Shown here one piece after another: positions 19,678-29,649 of a stretch of DNA of 64,000 bases. This DNA is from Candidatus Omnitrophota bacterium (GTDB taxonomy: Bacteria > Omnitrophota > Gorgyraeia > Gygaellales > Profunditerraquicolaceae), in the NCBI GenBank assembly GCA_041651035.1, contig JBAZKC010000001.1:131244-195243 (forward strand), in the 5' to 3' direction. Below the pieces are notes generated by a model. That model was not told the DNA's origin and searched no databases. It saw nothing but the letters and a program-made list of their open reading frames with translations. Position 1 is the stretch's first letter. Each line of letters opens with the position of its first letter. Both the position numbers and the translations under genes were made by a program.

Positions 19678-21465
19678 CTAATTAGCTCCGGTCGTACGAT
19701 ATGGCCTGGTTGCATCGCGCAAGCCGACAGGGCTGGCCCCAAAGTTATACGTAATGCTTAAGTAAGCGCTTCTTTTCTGGTACGAACGCTGCCCATGATC
19801 CGGCCAGGTAGTAAAGAAATCTCCGGAGGCCGAAATAAGCCAACTATCCGTGAGGCGGTAGTTAAGGCTTGCCGCGGTATAACATGTAGGATGGTCTGAT
19901 TTTTTATGCAGGTTATCGGGTTTACGTTGAAATTCATAGCCACCGGAAGCCTTGGCTTCAATGAATAATTTCTTGGTAAGGTCTAAACCGGTGTACACCC
20001 CCAACGAATGAGAACGAAGCGAACGGGGGTTAAAATAGCCGTGGCTTAACTCCGGTTCAGCCCAACTTGAATAATAGTAATTGTAATAAAGCTTGATATA
20101 GGGCTTCTGCGAAAGGCGATACTCGGTTGTGCCAAAAATCTGATTCTGCCGGTTATCATCACTAAAATAGCTCCGTTTATATTTTACATTGAAAAACCAG
20201 AAACGATCGGGCCTGAAATCTATAGAAATTGACGGGCTATTGGTAATAACTTTGTAGAAAAGCGCATCATTGTCCTCAAAGGTTTCCCGGTCATAACCAA
20301 GGTCAAAACGCCAATAGTCATCCGGCTTAAACGTAAACCAGGTATTGGTGGTAAATGGATTAAAATCAACCTTAGTAAAATGTGTCCCGTACAAAAATGA
20401 GTGGAATTCATAGGTATCCCCGAAACTTTTTCCTAAACCCACTCCCCCGCGCTCCGCGGTTATAGTAGGCACGGCAGAGCCTTTCTTACGCAAAACCTGA
20501 TGCTCGTATATTCCGTCAATGGAAGTGGAATAATTTAAACGTAATCCCGAACGCAGCCCTTCGGTAAGGACTGTTTGAGGCGTGCTGTCATTCGTAAAGC
20601 GGCCGTGCGTCCTGGCAAAGGGATATTGAGCATTCTTAATCTGATAATATAAATCCTGCGCCTCTTTCCGGTTAGGCTCAAGTTTAAGAAGCTCTTTAAT
20701 TCTCTCAACCGCCCCTACGTCATCGCCAAGCCAATGCAAGGCAAAAGCCATACCCTCAATCGCATCCGGATTATTTGGGTAATATTTCAATATCTCCTCA
20801 TACCGGCTAATGCCCTTACGATGATACCCCTGCCATACTAAAACCCTGGCCTGATTATTAAGCGCGGTAAGATTATGAGGATCCTTACCAAGGACTTTTT
20901 GATACAAGGCATTCGATTCCTCAAGTTTATCCTGGAAACTCAAAACATTAGCCTTGCCGAGAAGCGCATCCGTATTATCCGGCCAGCGCTTAAGAATCTC
21001 ATCATATATTTCTAGTGATTCGCTTCTTTGTCCATTCCAGAAAAACGCTTCGGCCAACCCCAGATACGCTTCTAAATCCTCGGCTTTCAACGTAATGGCC
21101 TCTTTGTATACTTTCATTGCCTGAGAAACCCTACCACTCCACTTATACTGATCAGCCAGCTCTCTTAGTATACCAGCAGAACGTTCCGGATGGGCCGAAC
21201 GCACCTCCTCAAAAAGCCTTATTGCCTCTTCATGGTTATCGGCGTAAGTATATACACGCGCCCACTCTATCATCAATCCCGGATCTTTACGTAATTCTCC
21301 GCTAATGTTCGCGTATATCTTAAGCGCCTCATTATATGACTTTTGTTCCACGAGGCGGCGCGCCTTACTCAATTCATCGTTAAAAGAATACTCTCCGAAA
21401 GCGCTGGTAACAAAACAAGCGCTGATAAATAACGCGAATAAGACGTGTATATTCCTACTTTTCAT
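19678..21465 (-). CDS. Secreted TPR-repeat protein with an aromatic-rich C-terminal putative beta-barrel (PgaA/BcsC-like exopolysaccharide export architecture)
   Basis: 595 aa. Signal peptide, multiple TPR repeats, then Y/F/W-rich amphipathic strands. Overlaps the GT2 gene by 11 nt. Confidence 0.6.
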   Translation of the reverse strand: MKSRNIHVLFALFISACFVTSAFGEYSFNDELSKARRLVEQKSYNEALKIYANISGELRKDPGLMIEWARVYTYADNHEEAIRLFEEVRSAHPERSAGILRELADQYKWSGRVSQAMKVYKEAITLKAEDLEAYLGLAEAFFWNGQRSESLEIYDEILKRWPDNTDALLGKANVLSFQDKLEESNALYQKVLGKDPHNLTALNNQARVLVWQGYHRKGISRYEEILKYYPNNPDAIEGMAFALHWLGDDVGAVERIKELLKLEPNRKEAQDLYYQIKNAQYPFARTHGRFTNDSTPQTVLTEGLRSGLRLNYSTSIDGIYEHQVLRKKGSAVPTITAERGGVGLGKSFGDTYEFHSFLYGTHFTKVDFNPFTTNTWFTFKPDDYWRFDLGYDRETFEDNDALFYKVITNSPSISIDFRPDRFWFFNVKYKRSYFSDDNRQNQIFGTTEYRLSQKPYIKLYYNYYYSSWAEPELSHGYFNPRSLRSHSLGVYTGLDLTKKLFIEAKASGGYEFQRKPDNLHKKSDHPTCYTAASLNYRLTDSWLISASGDFFTTWPDHGQRSYQKRSAYLSITYNFGASPVGLRDATRPYRTTGAN

Positions 21466-22801
21466 TTTTCCTCTGCGAAACTACCCACTCCCTCTTGCCT
21501 AAAAGCTCATCCCTGATAGCAACCACCTGTATCATATTTTTGAATAATGTATACCCGAAAGCGAAAAATGCGTAGTAAAGGTACTGCCAGACGCGGGCTC
21601 TGGGGAGAGATGCATTTTTGTAGGCAACCAGGGCTTCAAATGGCCCGCTGAGCATCACAAAAAATAAGGCAAACCAGATAAAGCTGTTCATCGGCAGCTC
21701 TATCCTGCCCTTTATAAGCCAGAACGCAAACACTATGGGAAAAAGTAAATGGCTTAAGATGTCGTAAATCACGCGCCACATCAAGAGTGTCGTCCACATG
21801 AACTTCTGGAAGATATTAAGGAATTTACTCTCTAAGATGGCCATCTGATATTTCAGCGAACACTGGAACCAGCCCTGCGCCCAACGCTTCCTCTGGAACC
21901 AGAGCCCTGTCAGCGTCTCAGGGGCCAGCTCTGTAGAGATTATGCTGCGGTCATGGACAATATGATTTCCCTGCAGTATGGCGCGCAGGGTCGTGTCAAT
22001 ATCTTCGGTAAGCCTCTCGGGATTAAACTTTAATTTCTTGATAAGGGCACTACGCCAGTAGCCGTTTGTGCCTCCGAATAGAGTAGAATCAAAAAGTTTG
22101 GACTTAGCGTAATGGCTGATGCCGTAAATAACCTCAAACTCCACCTCAACCAATGCGGACACCGGGCTTCTCCTGCCGTTACGGATCTTGCACCTGCCTT
22201 GCACTACATTATAACCTTCATCCAGCCAACGCCAGGCACGCTTCAGGCAATCCGGGGCCACCAGATGATCGGCGTCCAGCAATACGATCATCTCGCCGGA
22301 GGCGATCTCAAGGGCGTAGTTTAGATTCTCGCTCTTACTCCTTGAATCATAAGCATTTGCCAGTATGAGCTCCGGCCATTTATACGCAAGTTCTCTTAAA
22401 CGCGGCTCTATCCCCTCCATACGCGGAGTATTGTAAACCAAGATCAGCTCTATCCCGTCCTGCGGACGCTGGATATGCTCTAAAATATTTAAAAGTGTAT
22501 CCTCAATTACCTCTAATTCATTGGGGAGGTACGCGGTGACGATAAATGTGGTTTTAGGTATAATGGCATGCTTTGCGGTAGGTAATTCTCTGAATATTTT
22601 GCGCCTGAAAGCACTAAGTGAATACGTATATGACAATCCGGACTGAAACACAAACAGCCATACAATAAAATAGTAAGCGTAATTTAAGAAATCCGGCCAG
22701 CGCAGGCTTATCAGATAAAAAATAAGAGTCGGTATTACCAGGAAAACAAGCAAGATTTCAAAAATTTTGTTCCATTCTATCGTCCGCTTCTTCTTATCCA
22801 A
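21455..22801 (-). CDS. Processive family-2 glycosyltransferase (PgaC/IcaA/cellulose-synthase-like)
   Basis: 448 aa with N- and C-terminal TM helices, DAD, TED and QRKRW (QxxRW) motifs. Confidence 0.8.
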   Translation of the reverse strand: MDKKKRTIEWNKIFEILLVFLVIPTLIFYLISLRWPDFLNYAYYFIVWLFVFQSGLSYTYSLSAFRRKIFRELPTAKHAIIPKTTFIVTAYLPNELEVIEDTLLNILEHIQRPQDGIELILVYNTPRMEGIEPRLRELAYKWPELILANAYDSRSKSENLNYALEIASGEMIVLLDADHLVAPDCLKRAWRWLDEGYNVVQGRCKIRNGRRSPVSALVEVEFEVIYGISHYAKSKLFDSTLFGGTNGYWRSALIKKLKFNPERLTEDIDTTLRAILQGNHIVHDRSIISTELAPETLTGLWFQRKRWAQGWFQCSLKYQMAILESKFLNIFQKFMWTTLLMWRVIYDILSHLLFPIVFAFWLIKGRIELPMNSFIWFALFFVMLSGPFEALVAYKNASLPRARVWQYLYYAFFAFGYTLFKNMIQVVAIRDELLGKREWVVSQRKNEK

Positions 22802-22803
22802 CC

Positions 22804-22995
22804 TTATTTCTCCAATAATGATAACATTTCCTTACCCAAAGCGACGTGACGTCTCTCGTCATCAGCTATACCCGAAAACACCTTACGCTGGCTATCATCT
22901 TTGACTGATTCCGCTAATTCCGAATATATCGCCAGGGCGTTTATATCTGAGGCCTGAAGCTGCCGTAATCTTGCTATTAATATCTTCTTATCCAT
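22804..22995 (-). CDS. Small protein, C-terminal-type half of a ferritin-like diiron four-helix bundle (E...ExxH)
   Basis: 63 aa: ...SELAESVKD...DDERRHVALGKE. Confidence 0.45.
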   Translation of the reverse strand: MDKKILIARLRQLQASDINALAIYSELAESVKDDSQRKVFSGIADDERRHVALGKEMLSLLEK

Positions 22996-23221
22996 GATTT
23001 CCTAAATTCTCTTTTATTTCTGACACTATTTTTTTATGCCGAAGAGTATCTTCCTTGATGCCGAGGAGAATACCTTTTATGCGCTTTCGCGCCTCTTCAG
23101 GAAGTCCGTCAGGTAAAGACTCGAGGTTGCAAAGGTCGATGAGTACGCCAGCCATTTCCTCTTCCATCACATATGCCCGATTCAACTTGTCTTGAAGTTC
23201 TTTATTATTCACGAATGACAA
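22988..23221 (-). CDS. Small protein, N-terminal-type half of a ferritin-like diiron four-helix bundle (E...ExxH)
   Basis: 77 aa: ...AYVMEEEMAG...KEDTLRHKKI. Its stop overlaps the next ORF's start by 8 nt. Confidence 0.45.
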   Translation of the reverse strand: MSFVNNKELQDKLNRAYVMEEEMAGVLIDLCNLESLPDGLPEEARKRIKGILLGIKEDTLRHKKIVSEIKENLGNHG

Positions 23222-23391
23222 CTCCTTTAATAAAAAGATAGTGTTTCTTAAAAAAGCGGGTAGCGCAAGAAGTTAATATTATCAACTATTATAAATAAAA
23301 ATTCCGAAAGTGGCAAGAATTATCCTACTATCATACCGTTGCTGGTGATCTTAGGATTTTATGGAAGGATTCAGAACCAGGCTGTGATAGC

Positions 23392-26300
23392 TTAGACTTT
23401 TGCTTTTTGCGCCTCAGCCGCCTTTAACATCTTGTGGTATTCCTGAAGCGACTTTGGCTCACTCTGCCTTTTCTTCATGGCTTCAATCCCGTCTACGGTT
23501 GCCCGGGCAGCAGACATTGTTGTTACATAGGGGATTTTATACTGGATAGCGAGCATACGGATGTAACTATCGTCATAAACACTCATCCTACCGATAGGGG
23601 TATTCATGATCAAGTTTATCTCTTTATTCTTAATTGCATCGCAAATATTGGGCCTGCCTTCATGCACCTTCTTTACTAAAACGGAAATTATCCCTTTTTC
23701 TTTCAGGAACAGGTGCGTATTCTCCGTGGCCAGGATTTTAAACCCCATCTGCGATAATTTAGCCGCGATAGGAAATAGTTCCGGCTTGTCCCTGTCTGTT
23801 ACCGTCACTAACACACTGCCTTCTAACGGCAGCCTTCCCCCTGCTGATTCTTCGGCCTTGAAAAAAGCCAATCCGAAATCCTGGTCGATCCCCATTACCT
23901 CTCCTGTGGCGCGCATCTCCGGCCCCAGCACAGGGTCAACTTCGGGAAACATATTAAAAGGAAATACCGCTTCTTTTACTGAAACATAAGGAAGCCTGCG
24001 GTGGATAAGTTCCGGGAAGTCGCTTAATTTCTTGCCAAGCATAAGCAACGTGGCAATACGCGCCAGCGGTATGCCGATGGTTTTAGAAACCAGCGGCACA
24101 GTACGCGAAGCGCGCGGATTTGCTTCCAGTATATAAACTTGCTCCTCGCAAATAGCAAACTGGATATTAATCAGGCCTGCGACCTTTAATTCCCTGGCAA
24201 TTTTCTTCGTCCATTCGTCAATAGTTTTTAAATGCTCTGGCTTTAAGGTGCGTGGGGGGATAGTGCAGGCAGAATCTCCGGAGTGGATGCCGGCATGCTC
24301 AATATGCTCCATTACCGCCGCTACAAAGGTTTCATTCCCGTCGGAAAGCGCGTCCACTTCGCATTCAACGGCATTATCCAGGAACCGGTCTATCAACATG
24401 GGGTATTCCGGGCTTACCTGTATAGCTTCTTTTGCATACTTAACCAGCATTTCTTCATCATAAATTACTTCCATGCCGCGTCCGCCTAAAACAAACGATG
24501 GCCTGACCATGACCGGATAGCCGATACGTTTTGCGATCGCAACCGCCTCCTCCAGGGAAAACGCCGTAGCACCCTCTGTCTGGCGTATTCCCAGCTCGAT
24601 CATCTTCTGCCTGAAGAGCTCCCGGTCTTCGGCAAAGGCAATGCTTTTTGTACTTGTACCCAGTATTTTTATTCCGTTTTGCTCAAGCTCTGCTGCGATA
24701 TTAAGCGGGGTCTGCCCGCCAAATTGCACGATCGCTCCTTGCGGCTTTTCTTTTTCCCAGATCGTCAGCACATCTTCAACTGTTAAAGGCTCAAAATAAA
24801 GTTTATCCGAGGTATCATAATCGGTAGATACCGTTTCGGGGTTACAGTTGATCATGATTGATTCATAACCCTCATCGCGCAAGGCGAATGCCGCGTGCAC
24901 GCAGGTATAATCAAACTCGATACCCTGCCCGATACGGTTAGGCCCGCCTCCTAATATAAGGACTTTCTTTTTATGGGAATCCGGCACGAGGTCTTTGCCG
25001 GGAGCATATGTGGAATAATAATAAGCGGCATTCTTTACACCGCTTACCGGTACAGGCTCAAAGCGGGCATTACCCACTGCTTTTTTCCTGCGGACGCGCA
25101 CATCAGGTTCTTTTACTTTAAATATTTTTGCCAGATATTTATCGCTGAAGCCCCATTCTTTGGCTTTTCTTAAATTATCATCAGAGAGCTTCTGCCAACC
25201 GCACTTAAGCATCTCCTCTTCAAACTCTACCATCTCTTTCATTTCTTTGATAAACCATCTGCCTATATAAGTAAGGTTATAGAGCTCTTCTGTGCTCATG
25301 CCTTTACGCAGCGCCTCATACATAAGAAAGACGCGTTCGCTGGATGGAAAAGCCAGCCGCAATTTTAACTCCTCAAGCGGCAAATCGTGAAAATCTTTAG
25401 CGAAACCTAAACCATATCTGCCGGTCTCCAGGGAACGGATAGACTTCTGGAATGCCTCTTTAAAGGTCTTGGCTATGCTCATCACCTCACCGACCGCCTT
25501 CATCTGGGTACCCAGGATATCTTTTGCCTGCCGGAATTTCTCAAATGTCCAACGGGCAAATTTGATAACTATGTATTCTCCCTGCGGCTCGTATTTTTCC
25601 AGTGTCCCTTTCCTCCAGTAAGGTATCTCATCAAGCGTAAGCCCCGCGGCTAATTTAGTAGAGATCCTGGCAATGGGAAAACCGGTGGCCTTGGAAGCAA
25701 GCGCTGAGGAACGGGAGGTGCGCGGATTAATTTCTATGGCAACAAGGCGGTCATCTTTAAGGTTATGCGCAAACTGGATATTAGTGCCTCCCACCACTCC
25801 GATCGCCTCTACTATCTTATAAGAAAGTTCCTGCATCCTTTTCTGCAGCGGCAGAGGAACGGTAAGCATGGGCGCAACGCAGAAACTATCTCCTGTATGC
25901 ACGCCCATGGCATCAATATTTTCTATAAAACAAACCGTGATCTTCTGATTTTTTTCATCGCGTACTACCTCAAGCTCCAGTTCTTCCCAGCCGATAACCG
26001 CCTCTTCGATCAACACTTGGTGTATGAGGCTGGCGTTTAAGCCGCGCCGGGTCAAGGTGCGCAGGTCCTCGTTATTATAAGCAATGCCTCCTCCGGTTCC
26101 GCCCAGCGTATATGCCGGCCGTATTACTACCGGATAACCCAATCCTTGAGCTACTTTTAACGCCTCATCTTCAGAAAGGCAGACCTTTGAACGCGGCACG
26201 GGTATACCGAGCTTTTTCATGGTATCCTTGAATGCTTCGCGGTCCTCTCCGCGCTCGATCGCGTCTGCTTTGACCCCGATGATCTTTACTTTGTATTTAT

Positions 26301-26625
26301 CCAACACTCCCGCCTTATGTAAAGCGGAAGATAAATTCAAGCCCGTCTGGCCGCCTAAATTAGGCAGAAGCGCGTCCGGTTTTTCTCTGGCAATAATTTT
26401 AGTCAGGCTTTCTACTGTCAACGGCTCGATATAGGTACGGTCTGCCATTCCGGGATCAGTCATAATAGTCGCGGGGTTTGAGTTAACCAACACAACCTGA
26501 TAACCTTCTTCACGCAGGGCTTTGCAGGCCTGCGTACCGGAATAATCAAATTCGCAGGCTTGGCCGATAATGATAGGGCCGGAACCTATGATTAAAATTT
26601 TTTTAATATCTTTTCTCCTGGGCAT
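23392..26625 (-). CDS. carB: Carbamoyl-phosphate synthase large subunit
   Basis: 1077 aa with duplicated ATP-grasp halves and a MGS-like C-terminal domain. Confidence 0.95.
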   Translation of the reverse strand: MPRRKDIKKILIIGSGPIIIGQACEFDYSGTQACKALREEGYQVVLVNSNPATIMTDPGMADRTYIEPLTVESLTKIIAREKPDALLPNLGGQTGLNLSSALHKAGVLDKYKVKIIGVKADAIERGEDREAFKDTMKKLGIPVPRSKVCLSEDEALKVAQGLGYPVVIRPAYTLGGTGGGIAYNNEDLRTLTRRGLNASLIHQVLIEEAVIGWEELELEVVRDEKNQKITVCFIENIDAMGVHTGDSFCVAPMLTVPLPLQKRMQELSYKIVEAIGVVGGTNIQFAHNLKDDRLVAIEINPRTSRSSALASKATGFPIARISTKLAAGLTLDEIPYWRKGTLEKYEPQGEYIVIKFARWTFEKFRQAKDILGTQMKAVGEVMSIAKTFKEAFQKSIRSLETGRYGLGFAKDFHDLPLEELKLRLAFPSSERVFLMYEALRKGMSTEELYNLTYIGRWFIKEMKEMVEFEEEMLKCGWQKLSDDNLRKAKEWGFSDKYLAKIFKVKEPDVRVRRKKAVGNARFEPVPVSGVKNAAYYYSTYAPGKDLVPDSHKKKVLILGGGPNRIGQGIEFDYTCVHAAFALRDEGYESIMINCNPETVSTDYDTSDKLYFEPLTVEDVLTIWEKEKPQGAIVQFGGQTPLNIAAELEQNGIKILGTSTKSIAFAEDRELFRQKMIELGIRQTEGATAFSLEEAVAIAKRIGYPVMVRPSFVLGGRGMEVIYDEEMLVKYAKEAIQVSPEYPMLIDRFLDNAVECEVDALSDGNETFVAAVMEHIEHAGIHSGDSACTIPPRTLKPEHLKTIDEWTKKIARELKVAGLINIQFAICEEQVYILEANPRASRTVPLVSKTIGIPLARIATLLMLGKKLSDFPELIHRRLPYVSVKEAVFPFNMFPEVDPVLGPEMRATGEVMGIDQDFGLAFFKAEESAGGRLPLEGSVLVTVTDRDKPELFPIAAKLSQMGFKILATENTHLFLKEKGIISVLVKKVHEGRPNICDAIKNKEINLIMNTPIGRMSVYDDSYIRMLAIQYKIPYVTTMSAARATVDGIEAMKKRQSEPKSLQEYHKMLKAAEAQKAKV

Positions 26626-26646
26626 AGCGAAATTCTCCTCTAGCAG

Positions 26647-28104
26647 CTAAATCCCTGTTTTTAAAACCTTCTTCTCCTGCAAAGCCTTTTTTTCCGGGCA
26701 ACCCGGCTGTGGGCATTTACCTGTCCAGCAATACAGGCAAAGCTTCTCTTTCGGCAAACCGATCGCCTCTACCATATCATCTATGGTCTGGTATCTTAAA
26801 GTAGTCAGGCTCAGGTCCCTGGCGATCCAGTCTACCATCTTTTTATATTTATCGGTAGTGTGGTCAATGTATTCCGACATGTCTTCAATGTCTGAACCCT
26901 CTAAAGCCCTTATCGCGCGGCGGGCCGCAAGCTCATTGGTACTTCGCGTGGAAAGACAAAACTTGCAGGGATACATAAGCGGAGGGCAGGCAGGCCGCAC
27001 GTGCACCTCTTTTGCCCCGCAGTCCCATAATTTCTTCACCGTAAAATTCTTCAGTTGGGTGCCTCTGACTATGGAATCTTCACAGATAACGATCCTGTTG
27101 CCTTCAATTATTTCTCTGATCGGTATTAATTTCATGGTAGCGATTAAATCGCGCATCTCCTGCGAAGGCGGAGTGTAGCTTCTGCCGTAACCGGGAGTGT
27201 ATTTGACCAAAGGGCGTTTATACGGCTTCTTAGATTCTATGGCGTATCCTATAGCATGGGCGATCCCTGAATCAGGCACGCCCGAAACTAAGTCTACCGC
27301 AATATCTTTATCATGTTTAGCCAGGAACCTGCCGCATCTTTCTCTTACTACCTCCACATTTATCCCTTCGTAACTTGAGGCAGGAAAACCGGTATAGATC
27401 CACAAGAATGTGCAGATCTGGCTCTTTGAACCGCCGGGCTTACGCTGCGCTAAACCATCCTCATTAAGCAATATTATTTCGCCAGGCAAAAGATACTTTT
27501 CTATCGCGAACCCAAGGTTCAAGAACGCGTTTGTCTCTGATGTTACCGCCCAAGAATCATCTTTTTTACCTAAGACCAGCGGAGTATATCCCCATCTGTC
27601 CCGCGCCGCGTAAAGCCCGTCCTTATTAAGCAGCAGAAGCGAGCAGGACCCTTCTATTGCCTCAAACATCTTTTCAATCCCGTCTATAATATTCTGCCCC
27701 TGGTTTATCAATTTCGCGATTAACTCGGTGGAATTAACCGCCCCCCTGGTCATTTCGGTGAAAGACACCCCTTGATCTAATAAATCCCGCACTAATTCTT
27801 CTTTGTTCTCGATTAAGCCCATGGTGACGATACAAAACGGCCCGAATTTAGAATTCAGGTATATAGGCTGCTCGTCTGAGTCACTTATGGCTCCTATACC
27901 TTTATTGCCCCGCATATGTTTATAATCTTCATAGAACTTTGCCTTAAACTGGCTCTGTGAAATATTATGTATATGGCGGCTAAAATCATTCCCCAGTATT
28001 GCCAGGCCGCCGTACTCTGTTCCCAGGTGCGTATGATAATCCGTACCGTAAAATAATGTTTGCGCGCAATCGCTTCTGGAGCTAACCCCGAATATCCCGC
28101 TCAT
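26647..28104 (-). CDS. Amidophosphoribosyltransferase (PurF) family protein with an Fe-S Cys cluster. The N-terminal nucleophile position is Ser instead of Cys.
   Basis: Has PRTase motif IVICEDSIVRGTQ, Cys ligands near the C-terminus, and GGAGG upstream of MSGIFGV. This aligns to PurF CG(V/I)(F/V)GI with Cys replaced by Ser. Confidence 0.7.
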   Translation of the reverse strand: MSGIFGVSSRSDCAQTLFYGTDYHTHLGTEYGGLAILGNDFSRHIHNISQSQFKAKFYEDYKHMRGNKGIGAISDSDEQPIYLNSKFGPFCIVTMGLIENKEELVRDLLDQGVSFTEMTRGAVNSTELIAKLINQGQNIIDGIEKMFEAIEGSCSLLLLNKDGLYAARDRWGYTPLVLGKKDDSWAVTSETNAFLNLGFAIEKYLLPGEIILLNEDGLAQRKPGGSKSQICTFLWIYTGFPASSYEGINVEVVRERCGRFLAKHDKDIAVDLVSGVPDSGIAHAIGYAIESKKPYKRPLVKYTPGYGRSYTPPSQEMRDLIATMKLIPIREIIEGNRIVICEDSIVRGTQLKNFTVKKLWDCGAKEVHVRPACPPLMYPCKFCLSTRSTNELAARRAIRALEGSDIEDMSEYIDHTTDKYKKMVDWIARDLSLTTLRYQTIDDMVEAIGLPKEKLCLYCWTGKCPQPGCPEKKALQEKKVLKTGI

Positions 28105-28125
28105 AATAGAACCTCCACATATTTA

Positions 28126-29649
28126 CTATAACCCCTCAAGAAAACTCTTTGTTGAAAGATTCGGTTCACTGGTTAAATTCACGCCTAACCGGCGCAACCC
28201 CGCGGCATCTCCGGGGGTAGGAATATGCGTAATATGGACATCGCAGCCCGCAAGCTCTTTTAATTTCTCCATGGCTGATTGGGCCGATGGGTTATGAGCC
28301 GCGCTGATGCTAAGGCTGATCAGCGTCTCTTCCAAATCCAAGCTGAGAGTCTTTTCGTTTAAAATATTTTTCTTAAAATTTGAGATGGACTCAATGACGT
28401 TAGGAGAAAGTATATGTATCCGGTCGGGGATCTCAGCTAAGTCCTTGGCGGCATTAAGGACCAGGCTTGATGCCGCGTGCATCAGGGGAGAATTCTTCCC
28501 CACAATGATTCTACCGCTCTTAAGCTCAATGGCCGCGCCGCAAAAAATACCTTCGTTGCCTTTGCCTTTTTCCTCCTGAGCTTTCTTAGCAGCCTGCCGG
28601 GCCGGCTCAACTACTTTCCGGTCTTCAGGTTTTACGCCTACCTCTTCCATCAAAAGCGCGGTCCTTTCCACCGTATCCTTATCCACCAGCCCCATGATAT
28701 ATTCGCAGGCGTAACGAAAATATCGAGAGATAATTTCCTGCCGGGCAGCCTCCTGCACAACCTCATCATCAATAATACCGAATCCTGCGCGGTTTACGCC
28801 CATGTCCGTAGGCGACTTGTACATCGCCTCTGACCCCGTGATACGCTCCAGGATCCTGCGCAATACCGGAAAAACCTCCACGTCGCGGTTATAATTTATC
28901 GCGGTCTGGCCATAGGCTTCAAGATGAAAAGGGTCAACCATATTAAAATCCTTGATATCTGCCGTGGCTGCCTCATAGGCAATATTCACGGGATGTTTAA
29001 GCGGGATATTCCAAATCGGGAACGTTTCGAACTTCGCATATCCGGATTCAATCCCTTTATGGTAATCATGATAAAGCTGTGAAAGACAGGTTGCCAGTTT
29101 CCCGCTTCCCGGCCCGGGGCCGGTGACAATTACCAGTTTATTATGGGTCTCTATGTAGGAATTCGCGCCATAACCCTCTTTACTTACGATCATATCCACG
29201 TCATTCGGGTATCCGTTGGTAAAAGCGTGGGTATAAACCTTTATACCCTGGCGTTCAAGTTTATTCTTAAAGATCCTTGCTGCCGGCTGATTGGCAAAAC
29301 GGGTTATCACTACCGCCGTCACCCTGATGCCCCGATCCTTAAGGTCATCGATCAATTTAAGCACATCGGCATCATAGGTAATACCAAAATCCGCCCGGAC
29401 CTTGCGGCGTTCAATGTCTCCGGCAAAAATACAGAGGATGATATCGGCTTTACTGCTTAACTCTGACAGGAGCCGTATCTTGATATTGGGATCAAACCCG
29501 GGCAGGACCCGCGCGGCATGATAATCGTAAATCAATTTCCCGCCGAATTCCAGGTATAATTTATTGCGGAACTTACTAACCCTTTCAAGAATGGCGGATT
29601 TCTGCTGGCTTAAATATTTTTCGCTGTCAAAACCTGTTTCTTTAGGCAT
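28126..29649 (-). CDS. DUF1846 (UPF0371) family protein of unknown function
   Basis: 507 aa with MPKETGFDSEKYL start. Characteristic length and N-terminus of UPF0371. Confidence 0.6.
   Translation of the reverse strand: MPKETGFDSEKYLSQQKSAILERVSKFRNKLYLEFGGKLIYDYHAARVLPGFDPNIKIRLLSELSSKADIILCIFAGDIERRKVRADFGITYDADVLKLIDDLKDRGIRVTAVVITRFANQPAARIFKNKLERQGIKVYTHAFTNGYPNDVDMIVSKEGYGANSYIETHNKLVIVTGPGPGSGKLATCLSQLYHDYHKGIESGYAKFETFPIWNIPLKHPVNIAYEAATADIKDFNMVDPFHLEAYGQTAINYNRDVEVFPVLRRILERITGSEAMYKSPTDMGVNRAGFGIIDDEVVQEAARQEIISRYFRYACEYIMGLVDKDTVERTALLMEEVGVKPEDRKVVEPARQAAKKAQEEKGKGNEGIFCGAAIELKSGRIIVGKNSPLMHAASSLVLNAAKDLAEIPDRIHILSPNVIESISNFKKNILNEKTLSLDLEETLISLSISAAHNPSAQSAMEKLKELAGCDVHITHIPTPGDAAGLRRLGVNLTSEPNLSTKSFLEGL

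Noticed and set aside
23222-23391. Possible missing carA (CPSase small subunit) next to carB
   Set aside because: No glutamine amidotransferase class-I ORF flanks carB in this window. It is probably encoded elsewhere.
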